Positions 13,760-26,528 of a DNA stretch of 64,000 bases are shown here, in pieces. Source of the stretch: Stylophora pistillata (taxonomy: Eukaryota). The stretch is taken from the NCBI RefSeq assembly GCF_002571385.2, contig NW_019217797.1, positions 1,141,936 to 1,205,935 on the forward strand, given 5' to 3'. Every line of letters begins with the position of its first letter. The first letter of the stretch is position 1. The notes under the pieces are model-generated. The model was not told the DNA's origin. It did not search any database and worked only from the letters and a program-made list of their open reading frames with translations. Both the position numbers and the translations under genes were made by a program.

Positions 13760-14212
13760 ATTTCCCATTCTCCATTTCCCATTCCTCACTCTCCATGCTT
13801 CTATTCTCACTCCCCATTCTGCATTCTCCATTCTCTATTCTTCCATTTTCCATTCTCCCTTCCTCATTCTCCATTCTCCATACTCCATTTTTCATTCACC
13901 ATTCTCCATTCTTCATTTTCCATTCTTTATTCTCCATTCTCCATTGTCCATTCTCCACTCTCCATTCTCCCACTTTCCATTCACCCTTCTCTATTCTCCA
14001 CTCTCCATTCTCCCATTTTCCATTCTCCATTCTCCATTCACCATTCTTCATTCTCCATTTTCCTTTCCCATTCTCCATTCCTCTGTTCTCCATTCTCCAC
14101 TCTTCATTCTCCATTCTCTAATTCTTCCTATTCTCCATTCTACATTCTCCATTCTACATTCTCCATTCTCCCATTCTCCATTCTCCATTCTTCCATTCTC
14201 TATTCTCCATCT
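13760..14212 (+). repeat. Degenerate (TTCTCCA)n heptamer satellite
   Basis: Directly visible. It explains the low-complexity ORFs in the track. Confidence 0.9.
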
Positions 14213-15930
14213 TCGATTCCTTGATTGTTTACGAGCTGATGGGAACCGAGCCGTCAAAAAAGTTAAAGGTTGAAACGATCAGATTACACAACCTTTCTCT
14301 ATTATCCCATGTCAACTTTGTATTTGCGGCTGCATCGACTGGTAACTTAAACACTTTCCCCCTCTGTATTCATGGTTTTCTTACCTTTTAAATGCTTCGG
14401 AACATTTCACAGACAATTCAGGTATTATATTGTTAATATAAGCGAAAGAAAGTCATTGCTTTCTTGATCATATTTTTACATATTTTATGTTGTTACATTT
14501 TCGCGTACATTGTGACTATCTCATTTACCCTGCAAATTTTAAATTTGTTGCGACGGAAAGAAGTGGTTGTTTTGGAAATTTCGCGGTCTACATTAATTGA
14601 CCATGTCCAGGAAGTTCACCTGAAGCAAGGTACGATTTGAGAAGAAGTCACGTCAAAGATTCAACGTAGGAAACTCACATGGGTAATTATTCTTTGATAA
14701 AGTTTTATAAGGCAACACCATAGTTCTCTCTTTCATGATAGTTGTTTGACTTTTATTACCAGAATAAAACCACAGATTGATTATAAAAAGTCTATTTGTA
14801 TTGCAAAATTCCAGCAATCGTTAAAACTATGCTGTGAGCGGGAGAAGTGGGTTCGACTTCTCCAGAACTACTATGCAATGACATTTTTGCTATTTTCTGA
14901 GATCACTTTTTGGAGGACCGCTTTGAGAAAACTTTGCAAATGGGAGATTTAGGCGAAGACTTCTTCCGTCTATATTCAGTTCCTTAGCGCGATCTCGTTG
15001 ATATCGAAGTCTACGTGTTTTGCTCGTTTGTTTCACTTTTTATGGTTAAAAATACATACGAAAGAAATACATTTCATCTGGATATCAATTGCTACCGAAA
15101 TAATCAGGCAATAGCTACGTTGGCCGACTATCAGAAAAACGCCATGACTTCGCTTCCGTAGGAGGCAGTGGCCATAAAAACTACAAAAAACAATAGATAG
15201 TATCAACATTCGAAGATAAAGTTTATATTCCTCTATACATGTATTTGTACACATAGATGGGGTTCTATTTATGTACTTATGGCTCAGTTGATGTGCACAA
15301 CTTCGATGTATACGAATGCCGTGCTATTTACTTCATTACGGTTCGATACATGACTGTATGAACATCTCAAGAGTCACAGATTTTCGCTAATTCAAATCGG
15401 CGAGTCCAGACGCGAGTTAATTTCTATTCAGTTCAGTAATTGCGTTACCTACCAACCCTGACTCAATGGTAACATTCGTTCACTCTCGCTTCTATCGTTT
15501 AATTTCAGTGCAAATCGCCTTCACATTTATCGGTGTAATTTATTTCAAGGCATTCCCTTTATAATTAAACGGACAAATAAGTAATAGAGAGGATAGTTCT
15601 ATTATTTATTTATTATTTATTTTAGTTAACATTGGGATCGATTGCTGAGCCTCATATAATAAAACTAAATCCAAATCGTTACGAAAGATATCGTTGATTA
15701 TCTGTTAGCAATGTTTCATGCGCTGCATTTATCTCTCTATTTCCGTAGTATGTTTTTTTTCAGATGGTCAAAGTTTTACCAGTAAACCAAACAGTCTCGT
15801 GTATCAGTTAGAGGGTCAATCTGCATCCCTATCATGGACCTACAACAGTGCTGGCAAAACAGTCTCTTCCGTATGGTGATTTCACAATAATAACTGCATT
15901 GCTACTAAACCAGCAAGTGGACAATCCACT

Positions 15931-16086
15931 TGTAACGGTGTATTAAATGGATAGACAAGAGTTTGTGTCTGTGACAGCAGTCCTTTATTCAAGCATCTGC
16001 TCGGTTACACACGTGTGTTGACTGCGGGTAAATACTATCGTATTACAATGGCTAACGTATTGAAATCACGTGGATATAACGTCACA
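15931..16086 (-). mobile_element. Solo LTR inserted in the first Ig exon of gene A
   Basis: TGTAACG...CGTCACA termini, exact 5-bp TSD CCACT (15926-15930 and 16087-16091), AATAAA on the minus strand. Confidence 0.8.
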
Positions 16087-17402
16087 CCACTGTTCTCAGA
16101 GTATCAGGTATCAGGGCCTGCAACACTTACCATATCGAATATTCAGACAAAGGACATTGGAATTAATGAATGTCAAGTGTCTTTCTCCTTTAGTGTCCCT
16201 CCAGTGATATTAGATACTGCTGAACTTATTTTGGCTGGCAAGTTTCTAAGCTAAATTAGCTAACTTATCTGTGCTTCAAATTTTTCCCGGTTTGGAAATA
16301 TTTGAACAAAGGGCAGATTTGAACCTTGAATATGTGACTCTCCTGACTGGGAATTCAAACATATATGATGCTGTTTCATTTAATCTAGTCTTGGTCCATG
16401 TACCAGCTCTGTTGACATTAAAACGTTACATTGTGAAGATAAATTAACCCGAGGACAATGAGGAAGAATCAATCAGGAAATGTAATCAGTTTTTTGATTA
16501 TGCGTACAACGTACCAGCCAATTGTCCTGTAGATGTTAGATCTTTTGGACTACTGAAGTTCTTCACGAGAAAACAAGAGTGTGTAAAATATAATCCTAAG
16601 CAAAAGAAGTAATTACAAAACATCAACGGTTTCTTTTTATTGAATAAAGATGATGATCCCTCCCTATGATCATAAAAGCTTTATTCTTGTCAGTTACTTG
16701 TGTGTTACATGAAAACCCTCTCTTATTCTACAATCAGCCATTTTACTCCTAGGAGACAACGTAATGGATATCCTCTCTCATAAAATTTATGTAATTTCAG
16801 ACAGAGAGATGATGCGAAATAGGAGAAAGAAACCAACCAAGGAAAACTGCTTCATATGACAAAACTTATCAGAACTATAATCGTAATAAATACATGGCAA
16901 AACGTGCTGATATCATGCATTTTTAGATCTTGAGAATCAAAGGGCCAAGAAGATTTAAATTATTACTCACACGTGGCACGTCCATCAACTTCCTTTTTTT
17001 ACTATAGACTAAATTTCGATCCTAATATTTTATTTTGTTATGCTAGATTACTGCGTGATGTATCTCCTCTCCTGGTTGGGATAGTTGGTTACTGGGCCCA
17101 CAGTGATTGGCGCAAGCTGTTACGGTGTCTCTGCCTGTCGGCAAATCTAATAAATAGATAAATAAATAAATAAAATTAATGTTTTTCCCCTTTAAACTAG
17201 GCACTACTGTCTAAATAAGAACTTTCCCTTTGTTAACGTAACAGTTTGATGATATCACCTTTCCAGTAAGATGTTTTTATTCCCATGCAGTTAAACCAAG
17301 GATTATAATTAAGACTTCAACAGCTCAAACTTTGGATGAAGGTGCAACAAGAACGTTACCATGTGTTGCTAGTGGCATCCCAAAACCATACAACACATGG
17401 TA

Positions 17403-17735
17403 TGTGAGTGTGTGTGTCGGCTTTACTTCGCGAACGAAGATTAAAAAGGTTGTCCACGTTGACGTCGGCTGCAGTGCCTGCAGCCGACGGCAGTTCGTGG
17501 CTGACCAGACCGATCCGGGAAAGGCAGATCCGCGGGCAGTATCTGCAGAGATAGGTAATGTCAGGAGTGAAGGTGGAGGCGGCGCAGGCCCTCCTCCTCT
17601 GTCGCTTGTCTTTAAGTACCTCATGTCTATCCTCCTCAAATTGAGCGATGGCTTGGTTGATTGTGTGGCGCCAGGTACCACGGTCTGTAGCCAGGTCAGA
17701 CCACTCTTTGTGATCGATGTTGCAGGTGCTGAGTG
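17403..17735 (-). mobile_element. 5'-truncated RTE-clade LINE inserted antisense in an Ig exon
   Basis: Minus strand reads CNIDHKEWSDLATDRGTWRHTINQ...CRYCPRICLSRIGLVSHE (RTE C-terminal motif) and has a (CA)n tail. It splits the host W-Y-K codons TGG TA|C AAA. Confidence 0.85.
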
Positions 17736-19897
17736 CAAAGATGACGTAAAGGTTCAGGAAGATCCAAACAACTCCAGCTACACAATAACATCAGCCAATA
17801 CGAATGATACAGAGATGTACCGATGTGAAGCTGTTGTTAATTCTCCGACTCTCGGCCACTACATCGACCATTATGGTGTTCAGGTTACAGTAGGATGTAA
17901 GAATAAGTAGATCCTTATTCTTATCTCCTGGATCGCGCGAGCTAGATGTTAAGTGTACAACAAATATAATTGAATTACCAATGTAATATAGAATTATCCA
18001 AGTCTACTTTGCCAACACTTTTGTACAGTTGTACAAGAAACAAGTTTTCATGGTCATACATAAGAGAAGGGATTAACAAAAATGGTTCCAATATATCCTG
18101 TGTGTACATATATCGCTGTAAAAGACACTTTCTAACTGGAAAGTGCACAATTGTTGAATGCAGGCACCTAAATATACACGTGAGGTAAGCAATGGTTTGG
18201 TAGCGCTGAAGAAACAAGACTGGTGAGTTTGAGATGTAAATTAGAACCACAACGACCCCTTTTAGGGTTTAAACTGTTTTGAATGCCAAAGCATGCAATG
18301 CAAACTCGTGTCAACTGATACTGTGCCTGTAACAGGAATCCTTTGCTCCTGAACTTCAGTATTAAAACTAAATTGTAAGCCTTAAGATTCCCCTTACTTC
18401 TCTGGGTAACAAATATACCAGTACTTCGTTCATGGGTGGAGCTCAAGCTGCGACTTTATCCATGTTAACCACACGAAGGCTCTGTATCCTATAAAAATAA
18501 AACTTTATCTTGCTAATCAGAAGATGAAATGGCTCAAGAGTTATCCGATTACAATGCACATGTTAGATTCCTCCTGAGCTTCTCTTATTCATTAATAGAT
18601 AAATCTTCTGTTACTACCTTTTAAACGGGGAACCCTGATAAAGCTGCCGTGCAAGGAAAAGCATTCACCCTTCTGTGCAATGCAAATGGCAATCCTGTTC
18701 CAAAATGCACCATCCAACGCACGACGTCATCAGGTACATCACCACTGGCTGGCACCTCAGGGGGAAGATACACAATTTCTAATGTACAGCTTCCTGTGAG
18801 CCAAAAAATAAACCTTAGTTTTCCCATCGCAATGCGGCAAAGTAGTCCAAATGTAAATCCGAGCGTTCTGATTGGTTTGGTCCGAGTGCCACGTAATAAA
18901 CTATTTGCTGATCTCGCTTGCCCCAGCCGATCAGGGGAATATAGGCCGGACCTCGGGCCGATATACCCCAGTACGACCCTCACGCTCATTTAATAAGAAG
19001 TTATTTAGAAAAATTAAAGACAATGTTCATGAATCTGGAGGATTTCTCCGACACACACAAATGTATTCAAGTGCTTCTGCTCATCAGATACCAGAGTGAA
19101 AATAGGAATGATTGAAAGTAAGGCGGACAAAAATGGATTAAGGAATTGTGAGAAAAATAAAAGTTTATAAGTTTCAAATTGTGTGTCGCAATTGTGCCTT
19201 TGTATATCTGCTGCATAAGAAACACCCCGCGTACAAAACCCANNNNNNNNNNNNNNNNNNNNNNNNNNNNNNNNNNNNNNNNNNNNNNNNNNNNNNNNNN
19301 NNNNNNNNNNNNNNNNNNNNNNNNNNNNNNNNNNNNNNNNNNNNNNNNNNNNNNNNNNNNNNNNNNNNNNNNNNNNNNNNNNNNNNNNNNNNNNNNNNNN
19401 NNNNNNNNNNNNNNNNNNNNNNNNNNNNNNNNNNNNNNNNNNNNNNNNNNNNNNNNNNNNNNNNNNNNNNNNNNNNNNNNNNNNNNNNNNNNAAAAATGG
19501 ATTAAGGAATTGTGAGAAAAATAAAAGTTTATAAGTTTCAAATTGTGTGTCGCAATTGTGCCTTTGTATATCTGCTGCATAAGAAACACTCCGTGTACAA
19601 AACCCATGCCAATGAATTTTTAGAGCATTAGCCGTTGATTCCCTTTAATACTTTACTCAAACTAAATTACAGATTTACTAGAAAACTATTAAAAGAAATG
19701 TTTTGAATTGCTCAGCCATCATCAGTTTATTGTTCTCTTCACGTTGACTTTGTTTTTACACGATATATGCAAACACGTTAGAAATTCTAGATCAAATCTC
19801 AATATTCGAAATTAGTGCTGTTACGATAGTTTAAGTAAAACTCACGTATTTAAGGCAATCCTTTAAAGTAAAACTGAACAAATGTTTTAGAATCTAA

Positions 19898-21151
19898 AGG
19901 GCCGATTAATTAAACAAAGTTTAAACAGCGTTTTAACCCATGTTTTAACTGTGGGGCCGATAACCGTCTATATTTAAACACAGATCGTCCATAAACGTAT
20001 TTAGACCATGTTTAACCAACGCTTAAAGAACAATAGCGACTTAGACCTGCCTGAGGCAGCTTTAGACGCTGTTTATGGAGCACTTTGATTACCAGCCACT
20101 TTAAAGTGAAGGAACTACTGTGCTTTAGACCGTTAAGGAAGCACGCTAATAGACGTCATCTGAAATCCAGAAAAACTCGGGAGCTCATGGATATGATTAA
20201 CTATTTAGAGGAATTTAGAAGATTTTCGAATTCGCGACTGGTTCTTTTGGCGTGTCTGTGTTTTCAGCATGCACCATCACTCACAGGTTGTTGAGGGCAG
20301 TTTCGAAACGGAAGGGACAATTCCTGTCCATCCTGATGACTTAAGTGACAGCAAATGAAGGTCTTATGATGTTGGTTAGTTTCCAGCTGGGATCAGGGGA
20401 GTCGATTGTACCCATATTAGGATCATAAGTCCAAACAAATACAACACCGCGGCATTTATAAAGAGAAAAAAAGTTTTACTCTATCAACGTTCAACCTTTT
20501 TATGATGGCGATGCAGTCGTAATTAACATCGTTACACGCTGGCCTGGATGGATCAACGATTTGAGCATTTTCTAGAACATATTGATGCGATTATGGTGGG
20601 TGTTAGCGGATATGCCTGCGCTTGCAGGGCGTTTTAATTAATGATACCAATCCTCAAGCCAAAGAATCAAGAAGAAATGCGCTATAACATATGCGCACTA
20701 GGTGTGTTACTGAGAGATGCCTAAGTTTACTAAAACGACGATTTCCAGGTCTGCACTAAGAACTGTGCACAGCCCTACAGAATACTTTTGTCAGTCTTGA
20801 AATAATGGCACGACGTTTGAAATATTTTCCTTTCTTTGAACGTGATTTCGATTTCCTCCAGCATAATTGGATTTGATTTACGCCCTATTTCGTCACATTT
20901 GGATTTTGGGATTTCTATTGTCATATGATTTTCTTTCTATAACTAAGAAAAAGCTTCCCGATTCCACCAGCAAAAGATTCTCTTCTTCGCTAAAACTTCT
21001 GTTCGTTCGTATTTAATGAAAGCACGTGGATCAGCCACGTTTCAATAATAAAATTTAACCGTTGTTTAACCGTTGTCTATCCAACCAACGTTTACATCGC
21101 GTGTTCGCCTAAGCAGTGTCTGAATTAAACTTCGTTTAAATAACCTGCCCT
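19898..21151 (+). mobile_element. Degenerate PIF/Harbinger DNA transposon
   Basis: ~30-bp imperfect TIRs (AGGGC...GCCCT) with TAA/TTA-type flanks. Broken transposase at ~20380-20760: VDCTHIRI..FYSINVQ..RWPG..SGYAC..EEMRYN..RTR..LLKRRFPGLH. Confidence 0.85.
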
Positions 21152-22574
21152 TAGAGTAAGTGTAGCCACGGGTAGAGATTTAAGTTTTCTAGCCTCCAGG
21201 TAAAACTTTACGTACTATGTTCAACACATATTTTAATGTTGGCTTTCTCTGTTTTACAGTGCCGCCAGTATTTCAAAGTCAGCTGCAAAAAAACAAACAC
21301 AGACTGAGTTTGAAACTGTGAACTACGTATGCATAGTTCATCCAAAACCTGCTGCGCAAATTGTTTGGACACTGAATGAAAAAAATCTGACCAACACACT
21401 ACCATACAATATTTCTACTGATAATGAACCGGTTGAAAATTTTAAACCTCAAAAGACTCGGGCTAGTCTGGATATTGACAGAGTAACCTGGAGACATAAA
21501 GGAGCATTCTCTTGCGTCGCTTTGAACAGTGACGGCCGGACGAATCAAACTACAGATCTTGAAGTGCAGTGTAAGTACTGAATGAAATCAATCCTTTTAA
21601 CCGGCATACGTGTGTAATGAAATCACAGACAATGATATGATGAACAAAATAGCAGCCTGGGATGCCTGTCAATCTATTTTTAACAATATTTTTTCACTAT
21701 TCATATAAAAACAGGCTAACCCGAGCATGCAAAACTTTTGTAGGAGTTCCATGTAAAAAGACCCATCAAGTAGATGACTCACTTTGCAAAACCTCTTTTG
21801 ATTGTTATAGGAACACCATTGAATGACCTGCATTTTTTTTCATATGATGACTTTTATGTTTGTTTTGTTTCTTTTTTTTTTACAGAATCCGTTTTATTGA
21901 TCCCCACAGAATAGCTGCAATAGTAACATTACAAACAATACTATTATTAATTGCACCGATCAACCAGTTGTTCACTCGGTGGTTGATCATCCTCAGAACC
22001 TTACTTTGTAAGTGGGACAAACAGCATCCTTCACTTGTGAAACCATCGGTAATCCACCTACTCAATCAAAAAAGTGGCAGTTCAATGGAGTGGACATACC
22101 TGGAGAGAGCTGCAGTGGCTGCTTGACAACAACTTTTATAAAGGCTTCAGTGACCCAGGCAGACGCAGGATGGTATTCCTGTACTGGAACAAACTCTCTA
22201 GGAGAAGGACCTCCTGCCAGAGCACGATTACTTATCAAGGGTATGTTTAATATATCCTACTTAATAGCCTATAAAATGAGTCAATGCTTTCAACGTTTTG
22301 AAGCTCCCAAAACTTTGCTAAAAACAAACTTGGCGAGGACGGAAAGATGTCCCTCTTGGCGTCCAGGGTAAGTTCTTGAGCACGTAAAAACTTAAAAAGT
22401 GGTTTACGACTTGCGTGTAGGACTCATCTTTATAATCGATACAATCTAAAAGAGATTGCTTTAGATGTATTCTGATCCTAGCAAAGTGCGTGCACGGCTT
22501 TCTCAGATGCTTTACGCAAGCTAGTATCTTACATACGCACTACGCAAGCGGAACTGAATCGTATTTAGTTCTTT

Positions 22575-23250
22575 TAATAATAATAATAATGATAATAATT
22601 TTTTTGAGAGGTAATAATAATAACCTTTATTGAATCTAACATGAAAGTGTATAAAAAATAAAAAAACCTTGCATGTTACAATTCTCCTTTTAAGGAAAAG
22701 TATCACTAACATAAACTACATAATTATGTGGCTATGAATATCACATAAAAGGTAGTCTATATCATACTTTAAGTCTCTTGACAAAGGAAATCCAAAGTCT
22801 TCAAAAGTTCAACGCAAAAGAATAAAGAAAATGTACTATGAAAATAATAAAAATAATCTATAACTGATAATCATGAGTTTAAGGAAGTCTTGCTCGACCC
22901 TTCTCTGCTTCCAGATCCCTGTCTTTAATGTCTAAGTTCCTCCTTCTTGGGGTTCTAGATCCCCTTAGACATAGGAGCGCGCTCCGCAAAATTGCAAAGG
23001 ACACTCTCGCTCTGACTCATTAAATTGTTGTGGCGTAGCTCTCTTGCTCTTTTGCAGATAATAGCTCGGCTAATCTTGAGTGGTACCTCAGGCGTTCGTC
23101 AGCCATCCCCCCCCCCCGACGTTGTAAATACCAGTGGGGTGAAAGTGCCTTGCTCTACTTCTGTTACACGGGAGTTGTATTTTCGCTTCTTTTTATTTTC
23201 ATGAATCCTGTAAATCTGCTTGGGGCTAAGATTTCTGTATAAAAAAAAAA
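22575..23250 (-). mobile_element. 3' end of an RLE-type (CRE-like) non-LTR retrotransposon
   Basis: Minus strand reads [58 protein letters not shown], followed by an (ATT)n tail. Confidence 0.75.
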
Positions 23251-25609
23251 ACTTTACTTTAACGAATCGAACAAAGTCATGCCCCCTTTCCCAATACACT
23301 TAATTGCTATTCCGACATTATGAGAAAGTTATTATGTTATTATCGTTTACTTTCAGCTGAAAGATATATTTGATGGTATGCCTGCTTATGAAAATGTTCG
23401 GGTTAAAGGTGTCAGGTTTGTAACCAGTTAAATGGATTAGTTATTTCAATGTCTCATTATTGTGAGTCTCTTTTATCGGTCATTCCAACTCTCAGCTGCT
23501 AGTTGTCCAAGGTGTGGAAGCGTGACTGTTGACCTTACACTGAGCTTCAATTCTCCAACAAAGGAACAAGATGTTATCACAACGCTTCGTAATGCAGTGG
23601 TAGATGGAAAACTTGGTGAAATCAGTGTCAGCTCTATAAAAGTGGCAAGACTTGATAATAAGGGAATAACCACAGAAATCCGGACAAGTTCTGATCAAAG
23701 TAAGTACATAACAGAATGACCCTTCCAATAAATTTGGCAGAACAATTAATACTACCCCTGGCTGCTTACTGCTAACATTATTTTTTTTTTTATCAAGTAA
23801 ATAAAATCCACTCTCTATTTCTAGGTCCCGTAACGATAATCATTGGCGCCGTGTTGAGAATTTTGTGGCTTGCATGCAGGACAATAGAGCTTAACAGGAA
23901 AGATGCTGGAGGTAAGTTGTTCTTGCAGCTAATAAACTCATATATGTACAGCCCACCGTGGAAAAAAATTTGTTTTCGAAAATTCCCGGACTAAAAACAA
24001 GCCACTCTCCACTGCTCATGGTACAACGATCTTTATCAAAAACTCAACTTTTATTTAAAAAAAAGACATGATTATTTGTTAAGGATATTAGAACAACATT
24101 CTAACAATTTTTACTTTGCTATTCTTCAGGCCGTTCAATCAATGGCTAGAGCAAAGCTCTCATTACTTTTACACTAAGAGTTTATGAGGATATTTTATGT
24201 ATCATTAGTTTAAACTTTGTTTGTTTGATCCCACGTCCTCGTTGTATTTCTCCCTATGTCTTCGTTTCTTTGTTTATTTATTTTGCTTCTCGCGGACTCC
24301 AATTTTTTTTTTCATTACTATTTCCTTCCTTTTTCTTTCCTTAAGTGGCAGGAGAAGAAAGGTAAGCTTACTAGGAAGGTTCATGACTATCTTTATCGGG
24401 GCAACAGAGACAATCAAAAGCATTTGTCAGTTGAACTGACATTAAATCATTAGTTAGCAAATTCGTCATATACTTATTGGTTATGTCAACATACAAGTTA
24501 GGTGTCTTACCCCAAGGCAAAGATCATTTTCTACTTCGTTGATCAGAGGATGTGAAGCACTAACCTTTGAGCATTATACCTTAAATGAACCCTGCTCAAA
24601 CCAAATAATATGCCCTTCTATTTGTACGAGGCATGATCTTACCCTAATATTTCTTTTGTTTTGAATTAATTGCGGTTGACAATTATAATTTGGTGATAAA
24701 ATGTTTTTTTTGTTATTTTCTAAGCACGTATAGAGAATCTACTGATCATAGAAAAGTAAATGTAAGTTTTTGAATTGATTCGTTGATGTATGTATTTTAA
24801 AGTGCACGTGTCATTCTTGGTAAATAACTTTAAATATCCCAAACCTCTGGGATGTGTCACGAAATCAGGTAAACTGGAATCAGCTCATAAATAGCCGTAT
24901 TAATATTGTAACTGTTTCGCGTCCATATCACGAGTAATTCTCTCTTAAATCATGACAAACTTTAAGTATTTGTTCTTGAAGAGGGAACTTCAGGTTAAAA
25001 GCAAACCATAGAAGATAAGAAAGTTGCATTTGCAATATTTTTTGCGTCATAGAACCTTTGTTGGTGTGGACTGAATACGTTCCCTTTGGCAATCTGCTTG
25101 GTTACCTAAGGGGGAGCCGTGGATTAAAAGACACTAACTACAAAGACCCGAATATGAAACCACAAACAAATCTGACATCAGAGCAGCTAATGAGGTTTGC
25201 TTGGCAAATTGCTAATGGAATGAGTTACTTGTCATCACTGCCAGATAGTAACAGACTCATTAACTAAAACCTTGCTCTAATTCCAGTTGTAGTAAATTAG
25301 TTTAACAGGTATTGTATGTTTTGAGTAATCCTTGCTCAAACACTGTCAGTGGATCACCTCCTTCAATTAATATGTTTTCTCTATTAATTTTGTAACTTCT
25401 ATGTCAAAAATATCTTTTTTAACAATTCTTTTCCCCGATGTACTCAAGGATTTTTATTTCTTTGCCTTTGGTCAGTTTCTCTGCATGTTTTCTGTTGTAG
25501 CTTCGTTTCTGCATGACACTTTATTACAAATATTACTCCCTTCTATTACAAACACTTGCAGCTTCTGGTATTGATGGCTCTGTGTTCCAATGGATCACAG
25601 ATTATNNNN

Positions 25610-26166
25610 TCCTTAGATTGTCAGCCTTTGAAATGTATAACATGTCTTTTTCGACGTAGGTGTTTCAACGGAACTGTTAAGTTATGGAATTCTTTGCCTT
25701 TGTCATTAAGAACTTTATCTAGTGTTATTTCTTTCAAAGGATCATTAATTAAACGTTACAAAAAAGCTCTTATCGAAACGTTCGATCAGGACAACGTTTT
25801 TAATTGGAAGTCCTTGTGTTCTAAATGCTTTGCTACCAGGAATTTAATTAGTTTTCGCCAGTGTTGCTTCTAATTACTTATAAACTATTATACTTAGGCA
25901 TGTTTTATCTTTTTTAGGAATTTGCATATTTTAGATAGATATTTTGAAGACAATAAATTTAGTTTTGTATTACCAATTTCTTTTCTATCTTTTTTTTTTC
26001 TCCTTTGGACTTTCACCTAGTTGGAGCTTGCTCTGGTGTGATTGTTCCTCACTGAGCTTTTAGCTTTTCGCTTTTCGTTTTACTATTGAGCTTACTTATC
26101 CTTCTTTTTTTTTTTTTATTTTTTTTTTAACTCAGTGGAAGTTTAATAAATAATAAATAAATAAAA
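25610..26166 (+). mobile_element. 3' end of a CR1/L2-type LINE
   Basis: FRRRCFNGTVKLWNSLPLSLRTLSSVISFK motif, then a 3' UTR ending in (AATA)n. Confidence 0.7.
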
Positions 26167-26440
26167 CATATGAAACAGGGTTTTTTTAAAATTTAGTTCA
26201 CGCTAATCATCTATTACAGTAACTTGGTTTCTTTGTAGATCATTCATCAAGACCTTTCAGCCAGGAATGTCTTGGTGGGTGAAAAAGAAACATGTAAAGT
26301 TAGAAACTTCGGCATGGCCAGAGATGTACAGCAGGACGACATTTATGAAAAAACAACAAAGGTATTGCGTTGGTCAATACTTAGCTGTGTAGTCGCGCGA
26401 TGCGTTTCCATTAGAGACCCACAAATTGACTACCATAGAA

Positions 26441-26528
26441 TCTCCAATAGCTCAGGGGTTAGAGCATCCGACCAGGTCACGGAGGGTCGTGGGTTCGAAT
26501 CCAATCTAGGACTCGAATTTTTTTCCGA
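26441..26528 (+). mobile_element. tRNA-derived SINE head
   Basis: A box TAGCTCAGGGG and B box GGTTCGAATCC; same family as 40839-41102. Confidence 0.7.

Noticed and set aside
13711-14273. Long ORFs on both strands
   Set aside because: They are translations of the (TTCTCCA)n satellite.
14310-14421. Possible leader exon of gene A
   Set aside because: A donor is present, but there is no convincing in-frame ATG plus signal peptide.
17404-17725. RTE insert as a newly created intron that is spliced out cleanly
   Set aside because: Splicing from GTGAGT to the last AG removes 322 nt and leads to a frameshift and stop.
19129-19606. ~113-bp direct repeat flanking a gap
   Set aside because: Near-identical sequence on both sides of an N-run, differing at two positions, is most likely unmerged haplotype overlap.
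20300-20350. GAAAC...GTC...CTGATGA hammerhead-like string
   Set aside because: Stems I and II cannot form, and it lies within the Harbinger relic.
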